Shown here: positions 1 to 13,800 of the stretch, piece after piece
How positions within the stretch are numbered: the first letter of the stretch is position 1
Layout of the letters: each line of letters starts with the position of its first letter
NCBI GenBank assembly: GCA_964016885.1
Contig: OZ024741.1
Span: 186,248,001-186,312,000 of the forward strand
Length of the DNA stretch: 64,000 nt
Source of the DNA: Eledone cirrhosa
Taxonomy: Eukaryota
Direction: 5' to 3'
Made by a program: the position numbers and the translations under genes
The notes under the pieces: generated by a model
What the model saw: the letters and a program-made list of their open reading frames with translations, nothing else
Told to the model about the DNA's origin: nothing
The model's database searches: none

Positions 1-152
1 GGTATTTCTGGAAGCTTTTTTTACTTATATTTTTGTCACACCATGGTCTCGCCTCATACTGTAAACCAGACAACACATCCACTAGAGTTGTTTTCTCTTC
101 AACCATCTTTTCTTATCATGTTTACCCAGGCGAGGCTGGGTACGCCAGCAAG

Positions 153-206
<54 letters not shown>

Positions 207-275
207 TATGAAGAGAGAAGAAACATTTAGATATAATTAGTAATAAAATGTATCATAGCTAAACTGCTCCTAGAT

Positions 276-365
276 TCCTCGACTACGTAGTTTCGTGGCA
301 TAAACAAAAACAATACATCATAAAGATATAGAGTTCTTGCGAGGTTTGCCGACTTATCAAGAGGA
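276..365 (-). ncRNA. Type I hammerhead ribozyme, U3-A8 core variant
   Basis: Reverse complement of the 901-990 motif: TCCTC-TTGATAA-stem II-GAAA-CTACGTAG-TC-GAGGA. Confidence 0.78.
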
Positions 366-900
366 TACCTCATTTTACTAGTCGCAAGAACGCGTCTACA
401 CGACGTGAGAAAGAATCCCAAAAGGCGGAGGGGGAGATAGTCACGCGATATAACGGTCGAGAAACAGAGCTAAGCCTCTTATAACCCCGAAGAAAATACC
501 ACGGAGGCGGAGGGGGTATTTATATCGAAGCCGTATTTACATCGGTGAAGTTGGCACCCTTAACTCACGGTTGGGTGCGGATGCATTCATGTATATGTGT
601 GTGTCCGCATGTATCTGTGTGTTTCTAAATATATTGTTAATAACTCCCTCTGGTCGAGCAACCTTTGAAGTGTGGGGACTGCTGAAAAGCTTCCATTACT
701 CATACTTCTCGCCTCCTTCACCACCTCTTCTACGGCTTCGATATAAATACCCCCTCCGCCTCCGTGGTATTTTCTTCGGGGTTATAAGAGGCTTAGCTCT
801 GTTTCTCGACCGTTATATCGCGTGACTATCTCCCCCTCCGCCTTTTGGGATTCTTTCTCACGTCGTGTAGACGCGTTCTTGAGACTAGTAAAATGAGGTA

Positions 901-990
901 TCCTCTTGATAAGTCGGCAGACCTCGCAAGGACTCTATATCTTTATGATGTATTGTTTTTGTTTATGCCACGAAACTACGTAGTCGAGGA
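901..990 (+). ncRNA. Type I hammerhead ribozyme, U3-A8 core variant
   Basis: Stem I TCCTC(901-905)/GAGGA(986-990); core TTGATAA 906-912; stem II GT(C)GGCA/TGCCAC; GAAA 972-975; palindromic stem III CTACGTAG; GUC cleavage triplet. Confidence 0.8.
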
Positions 991-1229
991 ATCTAGGAGC
1001 AGTTTAGGTATGATACATTTTATTACTAATTATATCTAAATGTTTCTTCTCTCTTCATAATGTATTTTTAACTCTGATACTGGTTCAGTCTAGTTCAACC
1101 GGATTGGTCTGTCCCAGTCATTCATTGAGCAACATCGGTGAAGTTGGCACCCTTAACTCACGGTTGGGTGCGGATGCATTCATGTATATGTGTGTGTCCG
1201 CATGTATCTGTGTGTTTCTAAATATATTG

Positions 1230-1313
<84 letters not shown>

Positions 1314-1515
1314 GTTGATTCCCGAGTTGTGTAGGGGGTAACCACAGTTATAAAAGTTATAAAAAGTGCTCAATACACTTGTAGAGTATAGACATCTTTA
1401 TTGTATATACAAATGGTTTCTAAAGGACTAGAACTGTTTCGTACGTATGAAATCATAAGGAATGTCCTGGTGATGCGATTGAAAGAGTTCTAGTCCCATA
1501 GAAGTCATTTCTCTC

Positions 1516-1587
<72 letters not shown>

Positions 1588-1593
<6 letters not shown>

Positions 1594-1776
1594 ATATAGA
1601 AATGGCTTCTACAGGACTACAACTATTTCATTCGGGAGAAATCATCCTGATGGTTTCTCCCGAATGAAACAGTTCTAGTCCTGTAGAAGCCATTTCTATA
1701 TTAAATATTTATACTCTGCTATGTATTGATTACCTTACTTACTGTGGTTACACCCGATTGAACCCGGGATAACCTT
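1588..1776. mobile_element. Short fold-back repeat with an HHR-core-like CTGATG..GAAAC motif
   Basis: Arms about 1588-1646 and 1649-1707, tail to (TA)n; related copies at about 1311-1515, 3765-3880, 45095-45240 and 47930-48100; stem I not recoverable. Confidence 0.6.
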
Positions 1777-2451
1777 ATATATATGTATATATATAAGTGT
1801 TATCACTTCCCCCACCTCATTTATAGCAATGTCTTACATTTTTTCACACTATATCTTATTTTCTTCGTCTTGCTGTTTTACTTCCTTTCTTCTTTTGTTT
1901 CATTTATTATTCTCGTTCTATAATGCGCCTCACTTCATCTCCTAGACTTAATAATTAATAAATATTTCGTTTGTTAACATTTTGAATTTTCCCGCCAAAA
2001 ACCGAGAGTTGCTTCCCTTGTTGGAAATAACACGTGACAACGAAATGATTGAAGGCTGTCTATTGTGGCAGTCGCATTTAGTTAAAGTTCACACCAGTTT
2101 GAGGCAAAAGAACGGAATCCCTGTTGATGAAGTGAATACCCTGTTCGATCATGGAATACCACAAGCTTAAGTGTTACGTAAGATGCATGGATGATTTCGG
2201 ATTTTCATAGAAACATATCAGACGTATTGCAGAATATCGTTCGACATGTACAGGTCTGATGTTTTACCTGATTAGTTCTTTCCTTGTTTTTGGTGTTCTA
2301 TGGTTGGATTTTTCCTACCGCAATTTTCAATTTGTCAAGCTTTTTATTATTCTAAGGACCTACCCTTATTGAGTGCTTTGCTACTCATTCCTTACTGTAG
2401 GTCGGCTTTGCTTGGCCACAGCCAAAGCTTCGATTTTACTAAGCTTCAACT

Positions 2452-2513
<62 letters not shown>

Positions 2514-3006
2514 GTACAATTTACAATGCAACAGGTTATATTTCACTTTATTTATTCATTACACAATCGCTGTAATATATATTTCGATGATAACTGTTAC
2601 GTAACAGATATTACCTCATCACGCAGCTACTAGTTGCACAGAGGAAAACAATGAAGAAATAAAATTTACTCGAGATGTTTCAATTCGTTGATATATCCTG
2701 AACTGATTGATCATTGGTGTTGCTTTCACAAATATAAATCATATAAATGATTTCTCCAGGACGAAAACTGTTTGACTCGCAAGAAAACAACATGCTGGTT
2801 TGGAGCACTAAAGATGTGGGTTCGACTACCATGTACGTCAATACTCATCCTTTTCCATTTAGATGGTTTTAAATCTCAGTGTCAAACTAGTTTTATTTCT
2901 CAAAATACAGCAAAAGCTTCTATTTCTAACTCAACTTCCGACTTCGCCCGCTGTCTTTAAAGCAAAACTGTTGCTTTAATATATATATATCAAAACTGTT
3001 GCTTTC

Positions 3007-3055
<49 letters not shown>

Positions 3056-3877
3056 GATGTTTATGGCGGCATATACGTGATGTGCATGTATAAAAACATA
3101 TACTACGTAGTGTGAATGATTTAAGTTGTAATGATATCTCAGCTATTTCGTTAAGCGTGTGAGAACGTCATTCACTAGACTTATATTTGTTTATTGTATA
3201 TCAACATTTACTAAATGCGTACATACAATTTTATTTTTCCTAATAGTAAAAAAAATTGGGTAAAATACACCCTGGAGACTGAACATTTAGGAAGTAGCGT
3301 CTGCGAGCAGTTGAATTCGACATTTCCCATTACAGACAGGATACGTTAACCACTTCAACTGAAAGAGCTGCTAAAAGGTAATCCCGTCTTTCAGAGATAA
3401 TTAGAAATGTAAAGAAACTCTGACATACGAAACATTAGCAGTATGTGAAATTTGAAAATGTGAACGTCCCAACGCAGAAAAAGACTGTCGTATTTGACAA
3501 TCACGATAATAAGTATGAAAATTGGGTAAATATCCCTGGAGAAGGAATACAATTAAAGAGAATCGTCTACGACACTGCACTCAAATGGTATTTGATCCAC
3601 GCGGGGTTCCATTGCTCGCAGGTGAATCTATTCATTTTTTTCCATCTCCATAGTTATTTTACACCATTTTCTTGAACATTAATTTTAATGGTTGACCGAT
3701 ATAATTGTCAATATCTGCGCCAAGATCATTACAAACACACCCACAGACCACTCTGTGTATTTAATTTCATTCGAATGAAACAGTTCTAGACCTGTAGAAG
3801 CCATTTCTGTATTAAATATTTATACTCTGCTATGTATTGAGTACCTACTTACTGTGGTTACCCCCGATTGAACCTGG

Positions 3878-3954
<77 letters not shown>

Positions 3955-4290
3955 TTCTCCTCCCCATAGAATTCTTTTCATTCAAAGCATAAATTTGCAC
4001 TCCTCCGCTCCTAGATTTAATTTCTTCTACTGTTATTCTATCAACTTGACCTCTAACTCCTTTCTATTGGTCAATTCAAAACCTGTTCCCAAACAGACTT
4101 TTTATATTAATTCTTTGTTTTTTTTAAACACATCTCATCATTTCTGTGGACGGCATGTATATGTGAAGGTATGTATATTTCCTCTGAAAAATTGGTATAT
4201 TTTTAAATAGATCTTAAATATGATATACATATATACATCCCAGAAACGATCGTAAAATGATGAATGTTTTAATATAAGGAACTTGTTCTT

Positions 4291-4342
<52 letters not shown>

Positions 4343-4350
<8 letters not shown>

Positions 4351-5068
4351 TACTTGTCCCCTCGCTTTACGCGAATTACTGGTCCCAATAACTTTTTTTA
4401 GTTATTGCTCGCACCAACCTGAGGTATCTGATTTTTAATGCGATGAAATACCAATGATGGTTGGAAAATCACTGACGAAGGACTATTTTTATCATATGTA
4501 ACCCATGTGCAAACCACGCAGTATTCTTCTTTCTTCTCATGTTTTTTTATATATATTTACCTCGGCTGCGTTTGTCTGTTTCTCTCTTACTGCTTCCCTG
4601 CTCTCTCTGTTTCTCTCACCTTCTTTCGCCCCCTCTGTCAGTTACACTTTCTCTCGACTGACCTCTTCCTCACACTTCCACTCACTCACTCTCTGTTTCT
4701 CCCCTTCTCACTTCCTCCCGTTTGGCTTGTGTGGGTCTCTTCTTGCTTACATCTCACACACATCGACACGGTCTCTACTTCTCTCGCTCATGAAATCCAC
4801 CCAGCTTATGCTGACCGGACAACCATGTTGCTTGTTTATTTTCCTATATTCGGTTTGTTTTTATCCTTCTATGTTGTTTACTTGTCCCCCTCGCTTTACG
4901 CGAATTCCCAATAACGTTTTTTATTTATTGCTCGCACCAACCTGAGGTATCTGATTTTTAATGCGATGAAATACCAATGACGGTTGGAAAATCACTGACG
5001 AAGGACTATTTTTATCATATGTAACCCATGTGCAAACCATGCAGTATTCTTCTTTCTTCTCATGTTTT
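4343..5068 (+). repeat. ORF-less partial tandem repeat, period about 528 nt, (TA)n-flanked
   Basis: 4343-4545 is repeated at 4871-5068; CTGACGA occurs once per unit; diverged relative at about 63560-63860. Confidence 0.7.
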
Positions 5069-5820
5069 ATATATATATATATATATTTGTTTTGCGAGGT
5101 TTTTTATATGAAGTCGTGTCGAAACAAATATTGTTATACTTGGGTAGGGTCATATTGTTGTAATAATATTGCCAGAATTAATAGCAGAACACACTCATTG
5201 TTTGGTTGGTTTTTTGCTTCTGTATCAGTTAATCCATTCGGTCTTCAATGTTGCCATTGACTGATCAACGGTCAAAAATAGAGATATAATATAGACACAA
5301 ACAACACATATATAGTCTAACAAAGTTCTTTCGTTGCACATCTTCAGCATCGTCAGTGGTGATATTATGTTCCTCATGTTGTATTGTATATCTACGCCAT
5401 TTTTATTTTATCTGTTTATTTATTTATTTTTGTTTTCTTCTTGTGCATGCGTTTGCGCGTGTGTATAGTGTTTACTGTGTGTTCGCGTTTGGGTGACTGT
5501 GTTTTGGTTATTGTATTCTATCTTAGTTTACTAGTGTGTGTTTATGTGTTTTTGTCATTGTGCTTGTGTATATATTTATTTATTTATTTATTTATATTTC
5601 TCTTATCAGTATTATTTGTTTGGGTGTTTTTGTTATTCCATTCATTTTTTCTGATTAGCTTTGGCCTTCTAAGTTCTATTTCACTTGGCCCTCTGATTTG
5701 CCTATCTGCTGGGTCATTTCTATGTTTAGATATTATTTTAATTTCTATGTTGTCTATGTTACCTTCATGTTGTTGTCTGTCTGGCGTATTCGTACAGTAC
5801 TGAACCGTTTTTTCGTCCTT

Positions 5821-6504
5821 TTAGTTCCCCCAATGTTGCTCTATCCTTTCAACTACGCTACGAGCTGTTTCGCCTATGTATGTTGTTGTCATGTTTCTGC
5901 AAGTACCCTCTGTACACCTTATGTTATAGACTACATTTCTAGTTTTACAGTTTATCCAGGGGTTTACTTTACATATAACACATTTCCTATTAGTACAGTG
6001 GGTTTTCTTAAAATGGTATGTTTTGCTGATCAGGGATTTTATGATAGTTCCTGGCTTTTCTACCACCTTAATCTTTAAGTGGGTCTTTCTCAGGGTCTTT
6101 CTACACTGGTTAGCTAATTTCCCTCCAGGGGTAGCGTCCATGAACATGACGCTCTGGTATGTCTGGTTGTCGTACCGTAAGGTGGCTTTCCCTATCCTAT
6201 GTTTAGTCCTATCTAAACTATTCCATGATTTGCTCCTGTATAATGGGCAAATTCCTTTCATGTGCAGTTCTATGAGGGTCTTATACTTCTCCGTGGCTCC
6301 TTCGTATACTCTGATTCTGTCTCTTTGGTTGTAGCCAGAGAACTGCATGCGGTTGATGAAGTGTTGGATGTGTCTTTCCATTTCTGTTGGGTCGCACAAG
6401 CGGTACACGTTCTTCATCACTCGTACCAAGTCTGCGATCAGAATATTAAACTTAGCACTACTGGACATTGCTGAGTTTTTGATTATCAGGTATTTGGAGG
6501 CCAT
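5821..6504 (-). pseudogene. Penelope-like element fragment: RT thumb plus C-terminal GIY-YIG endonuclease
   Basis: Translation includes HFINRMQFSGY, C-x4-C-x2-C..CKTRNVVYNIRC..C..YIGETARS..ERIEQH; 6516-6606 is a diverged inverted copy of about 6099-6189. Confidence 0.85.
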
Positions 6505-6665
6505 GGGTTTAGTGTAAAAGCCACCTCATGCAACGACAACCAGAGATACCAGAGCGTCATGTTCGTGGGCGCTACCCTTAGAGGGAAATTAGCTAACCAG
6601 TTTAGGGAGACGGGGTGGTCGAGCGTGGAGGGCTTAAGTTGGTGTGTGTGTATGTGTGTAGGTGT

Positions 6666-6708
<43 letters not shown>

Positions 6709-6866
6709 AGGGTGTGTGAGGGTGTGTGTGCGTGTGGATGAGGTGGGGTTAGATGGGGTGGGGGAGAGAGAGAGAGGGGGGGGGGGGCGTATGAAGTATT
6801 CAGGCTGAGTGTGTGCATGTGAGGATACGGTCGTGTTTGTGTGTCTTTGTGTGGTGTGGATACATG

Positions 6867-6928
<62 letters not shown>

Positions 6929-7139
6929 AAGGGATAGTAAAATAATTCGCAGTGTCCACGAGGAAGATATATCAGGGGAAGAGATATAACGGCTGAAGCT
7001 ATATAACATAAATAACAAGACAAAAACAACACATGGTCATTTATTAAGATTCCATGTCAAGTAACCATGCACGATGAGTTAAGGGATTTAGTTAAACGTG
7101 TTCTTTCCCCCTTGCTATTGTTTATGTTGTTTCAGTTTT

Positions 7140-7740
7140 CACTGTTGTTGTTGATTGTGTTTGTTGTTAATGTTGTCGTTGTTGTTGCTGTTGTTATTTC
7201 TGTTGCTTTTTTTGTTGTTGCTGCTTTTTCTTCTTGTTGCTGTTAGTGATGGTAGTGGTGGTGGTGGTGGATGTGGTCCTTGTGGTCGTGGAGGTGGTGG
7301 TCGTGGTCCTCGTCGTGTCCGTGGTGTTGGTGGTGCTGGTCGCGGAGGTGGTGGTGGTGGTGGTGGTCTTTTTGATGATGATAATGATTGTGATGGTGGA
7401 GGGATTGTTGTTGGGGGGGGGTCTTTTTTATGATGATGATGATGATGATGGTGATGTTGATGGTGGTGGCGGTGGTGGTGGTGGTCGTGTGATTGTTTTT
7501 GGTGGTCTTCTTGTTGATGATGATGATGGTGGTGGTGGTAGTGGTGGTGGTATGGGTGGAGGTGATGGAGGTGGTGTTGAAAGTTATTGGTGTTGTTGTT
7601 GATGTTGATGTTACAGATTATATAGTTGCTTTTGATGTTGTTATTGTTCTTGATGTTCTCGCTACTGCTGTTGGTGTTCTTACAATTTTTGTAGTTGGTT
7701 TGGTTGTTGAGGTGGATGATACAGTTGATATTATTGTGTT
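7140..7740. repeat. Low-complexity (GTT/GGT/GAT)n trinucleotide mosaic
   Basis: Direct reading of the sequence. Confidence 0.9.
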
Positions 7741-7810
7741 CTTACTGTTCCTATAGTTTTTATTTTCCTTGCAGTTGTGGAAATAAAGATAGCGGGTTGT
7801 TGAGAGATAA

Positions 7811-8195
7811 TTGTTTCTACTGTTGGCACAAGGCCAGCAATTATCCCAGTGTATTACTGGTACTTTATTTTATCGACCCCCGTAAGGATGAAAGGCAAAG
7901 TTAACCTCGGCGGGACTTGAACTCAGAATGACAGGGGCCGTAACTCTATACGCCAAAGCATAGCGTCCGACCCTCCACCGATACTGCCAATCCACCGTTG
8001 AGAGATAACTGTTTCTACGTTAGGCACAAGGCCAGCAATTAACCAGTACATTACTGGTACTTTATTTTATCGACCCCGTAAGGATGAAAGGCAAAGTAAA
8101 CCTCGGCGGGATTTGAACTCAGACCATAAAGGGACGTAACTATGCAGGAAAGCATGGCGTCCGACCCCCTACCGATACTGCCAATCCACTGCCCT
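7811..8195 (-). mobile_element. Two head-to-tail copies of the abundant tRNA-type SINE (7811-7996, 8009-8195)
   Basis: B-box-like GAGTTCAAATCC; conserved core GCCTTTCATCCTTACGGGGTCGATAAAATAAAGTACCAG (resembles the Meta/MESC SINE domain from recall); target duplications GTTGAGAGATAA. Confidence 0.85.
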
Positions 8196-8407
8196 CAATC
8201 CACCGTTGAGAGATAATGACAAGTTGTTGGATGTTTAGCTGCATGACTGTTTAGATGGGTGAAGGTTAGTGGAAGTGATGTGTGTTTGGCTGGATTAGCT
8301 TGTGTTGTGTGTCATGATTCTATCAGATTTACATTTCTGTATATATGCATGTATATACATACGTGTGTATGTATGTGTGGATATTCATAGCCATCTGTAT
8401 ACGAACT

Positions 8408-8456
<49 letters not shown>

Positions 8457-8551
8457 GTGTGTGTATGTGTGCGTGTGCGTATGTGTGTATCTATATGTGT
8501 GTGTATGTGTGTGTATATATATATGTATATATATATGTGTATATGTGTATA

Positions 8552-8605
<54 letters not shown>

Positions 8606-8669
8606 CGTGTGTGTGTATGTGTGTGTGTGTATATATATATGTATATATATGCGTATATGTGTATATATT

Positions 8670-8749
<80 letters not shown>

Positions 8750-8930
8750 AGAGAGAGAGTTTCTCAATCGATCATATTAATATCAATCAAATGGGATACA
8801 CATATACACATAACACATACACCTATGTCTAACAGACGCAATTGCAATGTGATTGATCTGCAAAACGATGAGGGCGAACTGTACATTAAAAAAGAAAGAC
8901 AATATAGTTATAATGATGATAAAACTTTCA

Positions 8931-9017
<87 letters not shown>

Positions 9018-9038
9018 GTATACATATATATACATATG

Positions 9039-9071
<33 letters not shown>

Positions 9072-9091
9072 TTATGTATATATATATATGT

Positions 9092-9146
<55 letters not shown>

Positions 9147-10798
9147 AGAGAGGTGTGTGCGTGTGTGGGGGGGGAGCGTGTGTGTGTGTATGTATATATA
9201 TTATATGTATATTTCGTTATCTGCAGGCAGGAATTTCAAAGAAAGGGTTTAATCTGATATGTATGATACGAATACTTCCGGTTCCGGTAGTCTCTATCAG
9301 ATAATTGTGAAATTACAGGTAATTCCATATCCGTTTATAGTGGCCATGAAATAAGAGTGATACGTAATGTCAAGTGTAGTGGTAGTGGTAGTGGTGTAAA
9401 TAATGGTGGATCTGGCCTCTGGTGGTCGGCAGTGTTTTTGTTTCGGGGAGGGGTGGGGGTGAATGTTGTCTAGCCGGACAGAAGTATGAGGTCGGAGTAA
9501 CAAAACACAGTCGCAGTCGGCCATTAGGAGTAAATCGATCTATATGATTAGCTCGCCTTCATGTCTTCAAACACAAAACGACAGACGAAAAAAATTGCTT
9601 TTGCCTCGATAAATATGTTCTCTAACTGTTAAATTACCTTTGTAATATTTTATTCTTTTTTTTTCCTTTTCGTTTTGTAATTATTGTTGTGTAATTCTTC
9701 ATTAACGCTTTATTTTTATCATTATATTAATATATCTTTTATTTCTCTTTTATTGCCTGTATATCTAGTGCGGAGAATAGCAATGTGGAACCTGGTTCGG
9801 GTTACATACATGAGAGGTCTCTCGCTCGCTGGAAATACAGTGTAAAATGGTAATATTGATTCAAATTGTTAAAACCGTAATGTATATGCTTGAAGACTAA
9901 GGAATATACACACAGAGATGCAAACACACAATGTATATATATATATATATATATACAAATGAATATATGAGAGGGATGAACACTGATACAAGTATACATG
10001 TGTTCGCATTGCAAATGACCATGTTAGCTAGGTCGAAAAATACTAATTTAATATAATATGGTTTGCCTGTCTCGATTTAAAATAATAAATCAATAAAAAT
10101 AATAAACCTATATTGGCAATGGCCGTGATACCCGGACAAATTCTAAATCTGTTTCGCAACAATTATTAAGTGAAGGTCACTATTCTGTGCTCTTGTGCGG
10201 GTATCCAGAAAATTAGTACCTTTGACTTCAAAATACTTAAGAAGACTGAGAGATATGTGTTGTTGAACGCAGATGTGTCACAGCGCCTAACCCATCCAAT
10301 ACTCGTGCTGCTAAAAATAGCAACTGATTTTATGGGACTAAAATTAGCTCTACGTATGGAGCCGAGAATATTATATATTGAGTTATAAACTCGAAATAGT
10401 CTTTTACAATTACATAGCTCAAACAATGGAATATTTCCCAGAGGTGTAATACAAATGAATATAAGGGGCTGCTTTCAGTTATTTGTCGGAGATTAAAATT
10501 GTAACCCAACAATTTTAAATAAAACTTTTGCACATATATATATATATATATCATGGCTGCAAACTCTATGATATATAATATTTATTCTTATAGCTTGGTC
10601 TAATTGATTTTTTATATGGTTAATTATACTAATTGTGAGAAGAAATGGTATATATTATATCTAGTGATTCTAAAGACATATTTTATAATATATAGCTCTG
10701 ATTATTTAATTTAATTTATTAATTTCTCATTGAGCCACAACGTAACCGGTTGCAAAACACATATATCTATGACTTTATATATATATATATGTAAATCT

Positions 10799-10861
<63 letters not shown>

Positions 10862-11043
10862 AATATTATATATCATAGAGTTTGCAGCCATGATATATAT
10901 ATATATATATGTGCAAAAGTTTTATTTAAAATTGTTGGGTTACAACAAGTAAATATTTTATAACTGATATAAAGCACTCGACAAGTTTTTGGAGTAGATA
11001 TACGATATTAAACAAATGGAAACTATATTTATAAAACCATATT

Positions 11044-11109
11044 TATTTCATTATACATATTTCAGGGATATCATATTAATAATATGGCATGCCTTCGTCA
11101 GATAAAATA
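11044..11109 (-). ncRNA. Type I hammerhead ribozyme
   Basis: TATTTTAT-CTGACGA-stem II-GAAA-TATGTA-TA-ATGAAATA on the minus strand. Confidence 0.75.
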
Positions 11110-11424
11110 CAATATATAAACAGTTTTATAAATAATTTTGACGTACCATACATATAAGCGACCATTAAGGTAGGAAGCTGGCTTGGTAGTGAAGTGTTTA
11201 TAAATATTTAGTGTTAAGCACAGTTATAAAGAAAGGCGGAGAAAAAGAAGAAATGAAGCGTTAGCTAGAGCAGGATATAGTGATAAAATTAAGTACATCG
11301 ATAATAATAGGCAAACTAACCAAAATAATAACAATTTTAATTACGGTAACAACATTAACAACTATAATAGAAAACATTACAATAATTCCAAAAGCCGGAA
11401 AAGAAATAGAACTAGAAATATAAT

Positions 11425-12091
11425 ATGGTTTGCCCCCCCCCCCCCCTCTCACTAAATATTAAAACCCACATTGCTAAACTATTCTTTAATGCTCTTGACA
11501 AACGCTTCCCTAGAACACATAAATATCACTCAATTTTTAATAGACATACTATAAAATTAACTTACTCGTCCACCAAAAATTTAGCACAAAATATTAACAG
11601 AATAAATAATAGGAATTTAAAACCTAACCAAAATACCAATAATAACCCAAACAATAATCAATTGTAACTGTAGAAATAAATCTAAATGTCCGTTAAATAA
11701 CAATTGCTTAGTTAAAAATATAATATACAATTGTAATGTTAAAACTAACTTAAATTCTTTCAACTATGTTGGTTCCACCTCGACAGAATTTAAACTTCGC
11801 TTCAATAATCATAAGAATTCTTTCACAGATCCAAACAAAAAATCTTCAACTTCACTATCAAGCTTACTCTGGCAACTTAAACGTGATAACGTTGGGTATT
11901 CGATGTTTTGGAATATTGTCTCAAGAGGGATTCCTTTTAATTCCTCATCTGAGACATGTGATCTCATAGTGGAGGAGATATTCTTTATATTAAAATCCAA
12001 AAATTCCCTTAATCTAAGGAGCAATTTATTCAGTTGCTGCAGACATAGATTGAACTCAACGTTTAAATATAAATATAAATTTAAAATGTAG
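11425..12091 (+). pseudogene. PLE C-terminal region with GIY-YIG endonuclease (frameshifted)
   Basis: PPPLSLNIKTHIAKLFF..IFNRHTIKLTYS, CNC..CPL..CL..NIIY..YVG..FKLRFNNHK, CDL..EEIFFI..LN.RS..CRHR. Confidence 0.85.
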
Positions 12092-13323
12092 TATAATTAA
12101 TTAAGAAATTTAATTAAAGTATGAAACCTGACCATAAATCTTTCGATTCCTTCAACTTTTTCTTTTTAAACCTTCTTCATAAATATAAACAAATGATGTA
12201 ATTAAACTACTCTAAAATGTAGATGCTCCCAATGTATTAAATACATTTTACGCAAGATAAATTTCTATACTAAATATAAGAGCATCCGTAGAACCACAGG
12301 GTCTTCTAAATCCTTTAAATGATTTTTGTTAAATAATTTTGGTTTTTTATTTGCGTTTTGATTCTGATTGCTTCTAAAGAACTTGGCAATATATTGTCTG
12401 GAAAATTGAAAGGATAGATTTCTGTGGTAAATATAAGAAGCATACTGTGTTTTTTGTGGCCTGAGATACCCTAGGGAGTGATGAAAATATTTTAATATTT
12501 TGATATTTCTGTGCTGATATATTGATATCTGGTTGTCTCTGTACAAAGGCCATATGTATTAATATGCATATGGAATGATTACAGAGTATATCTTATCTGT
12601 TCATGTGCCTGTATGTGTGCATACATATATATGTATATGTATGTGTAGGTATAGTTCTGTATATGTTACAGATATTCATAATATTATATACATGGACGAT
12701 AATCATATGTGTGAGGGCATGAATATTAATCGTTTATTTTTTATGTATATATATATAGTGAAATCTTTTATAACACAAGGGAAAAATTTTTTTTTTTGTG
12801 AAACATGAAATCACGTAAAGTCATGGGTAAATCTATATTATCAACTAGAGCTTGACATGACTTTCTCTTTCTCTTTTTCTTTCCTTTTTCAGAAAGTGCA
12901 TATGCATGTGTATGTATATACTTATATATCTCCGTATTTTTATAAATAGGGTAATTTTTTGAAGATTTATCTCAGTTTGTGGTACATTGACCTCAGAGTT
13001 TTAAACTAAACATATGGTCATTATTGAGCAAAATTATTTTCACACATTATATATCTATGTCTCATTCATGAATATTGATATTTACATTATATTACCCAGT
13101 TCATATGAATTGATAATTCAAATTGATAGGACATGACGCAAAGATGTAACTCTATCATCCCTCTCTCTAGATATAGCTCTTTCTCCTCCTCTCTCTTTAT
13201 ATATGATGAAGTTTATGTATCTGTCGTTTTGACTTTGCCTCTCATGTTTCTCTCTTATTTCTCTCTTGATTTTCACCTCCCCCTATATAATTATTATTAT
13301 TTTTTCTCCCTCTTTCTTTTCCT

Positions 13324-13371
<48 letters not shown>

Positions 13372-13734
13372 CTCTTCATCTGCATTTTTTATTTATTTCC
13401 GTCTCTTCTCTAACTATGCTTAACACTATAACTAAATAATTACCGTACTCCCTCCATCTTAAATCTCTCAATTTGTATGATGAATTATTATTATTCATCT
13501 GTTGCCTTCGGTTGCCTCTCTTTTTTCACCTCCTCCCTATTTCTCTCTCCCCTATCTTTCTCTATTTCTCTCTGTTTTTCTTTACATACATTTCTTCTTT
13601 TTCTCCGTCTTTCTTTATAACTGTGCTTAACACTAAATATTTATAAACACTTCACTACCAAGCCAGCTTGCTACCTTAATGGTCGCGTATATTTATGGTA
13701 CGTCAAACTTATTTATAAAACTGTTTATATATTG

Positions 13735-13800
13735 TATTTTATCTGACGAAGGCATGCCATAGTTTTAATATGGTATCCCTGAAATATGTATAATGAAATA
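13735..13800 (+). ncRNA. Type I hammerhead ribozyme
   Basis: Stem I TATTTTAT/ATGAAATA; CTGACGA 13743-13749; stem II AGG..ATGCCAT/ATGGTAT..CCT; GAAA at 13781. Confidence 0.8.

Larger units (their letters stand above)
201..1232. mobile_element. ORF-less HHR-bearing fold-back element (retrozyme-like or PLE pseudo-LTR), about 593-nt monomer
   Basis: 335-bp inverted arms 201-535 and 731-1065; direct repeat 539-640 = 1132-1232 (period 593); both outer ends abut (TA)n; one HHR per arm. Confidence 0.8.

Noticed and set aside
227-1039. 64-aa ORF duplicated in inverted orientation
   Set aside because: Non-ATG start with no recognisable domain; duplication is explained by the fold-back arms
5310-5360. 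Minus-strand CTGACGA/CTGAAGA...GAAA near a PLE 3' region
   Set aside because: Could not close stems I and III
7155-7756. Gly/Val/Asp-rich ORFs with a signal-peptide-like start
   Set aside because: Arise from a trinucleotide low-complexity tract open in several frames
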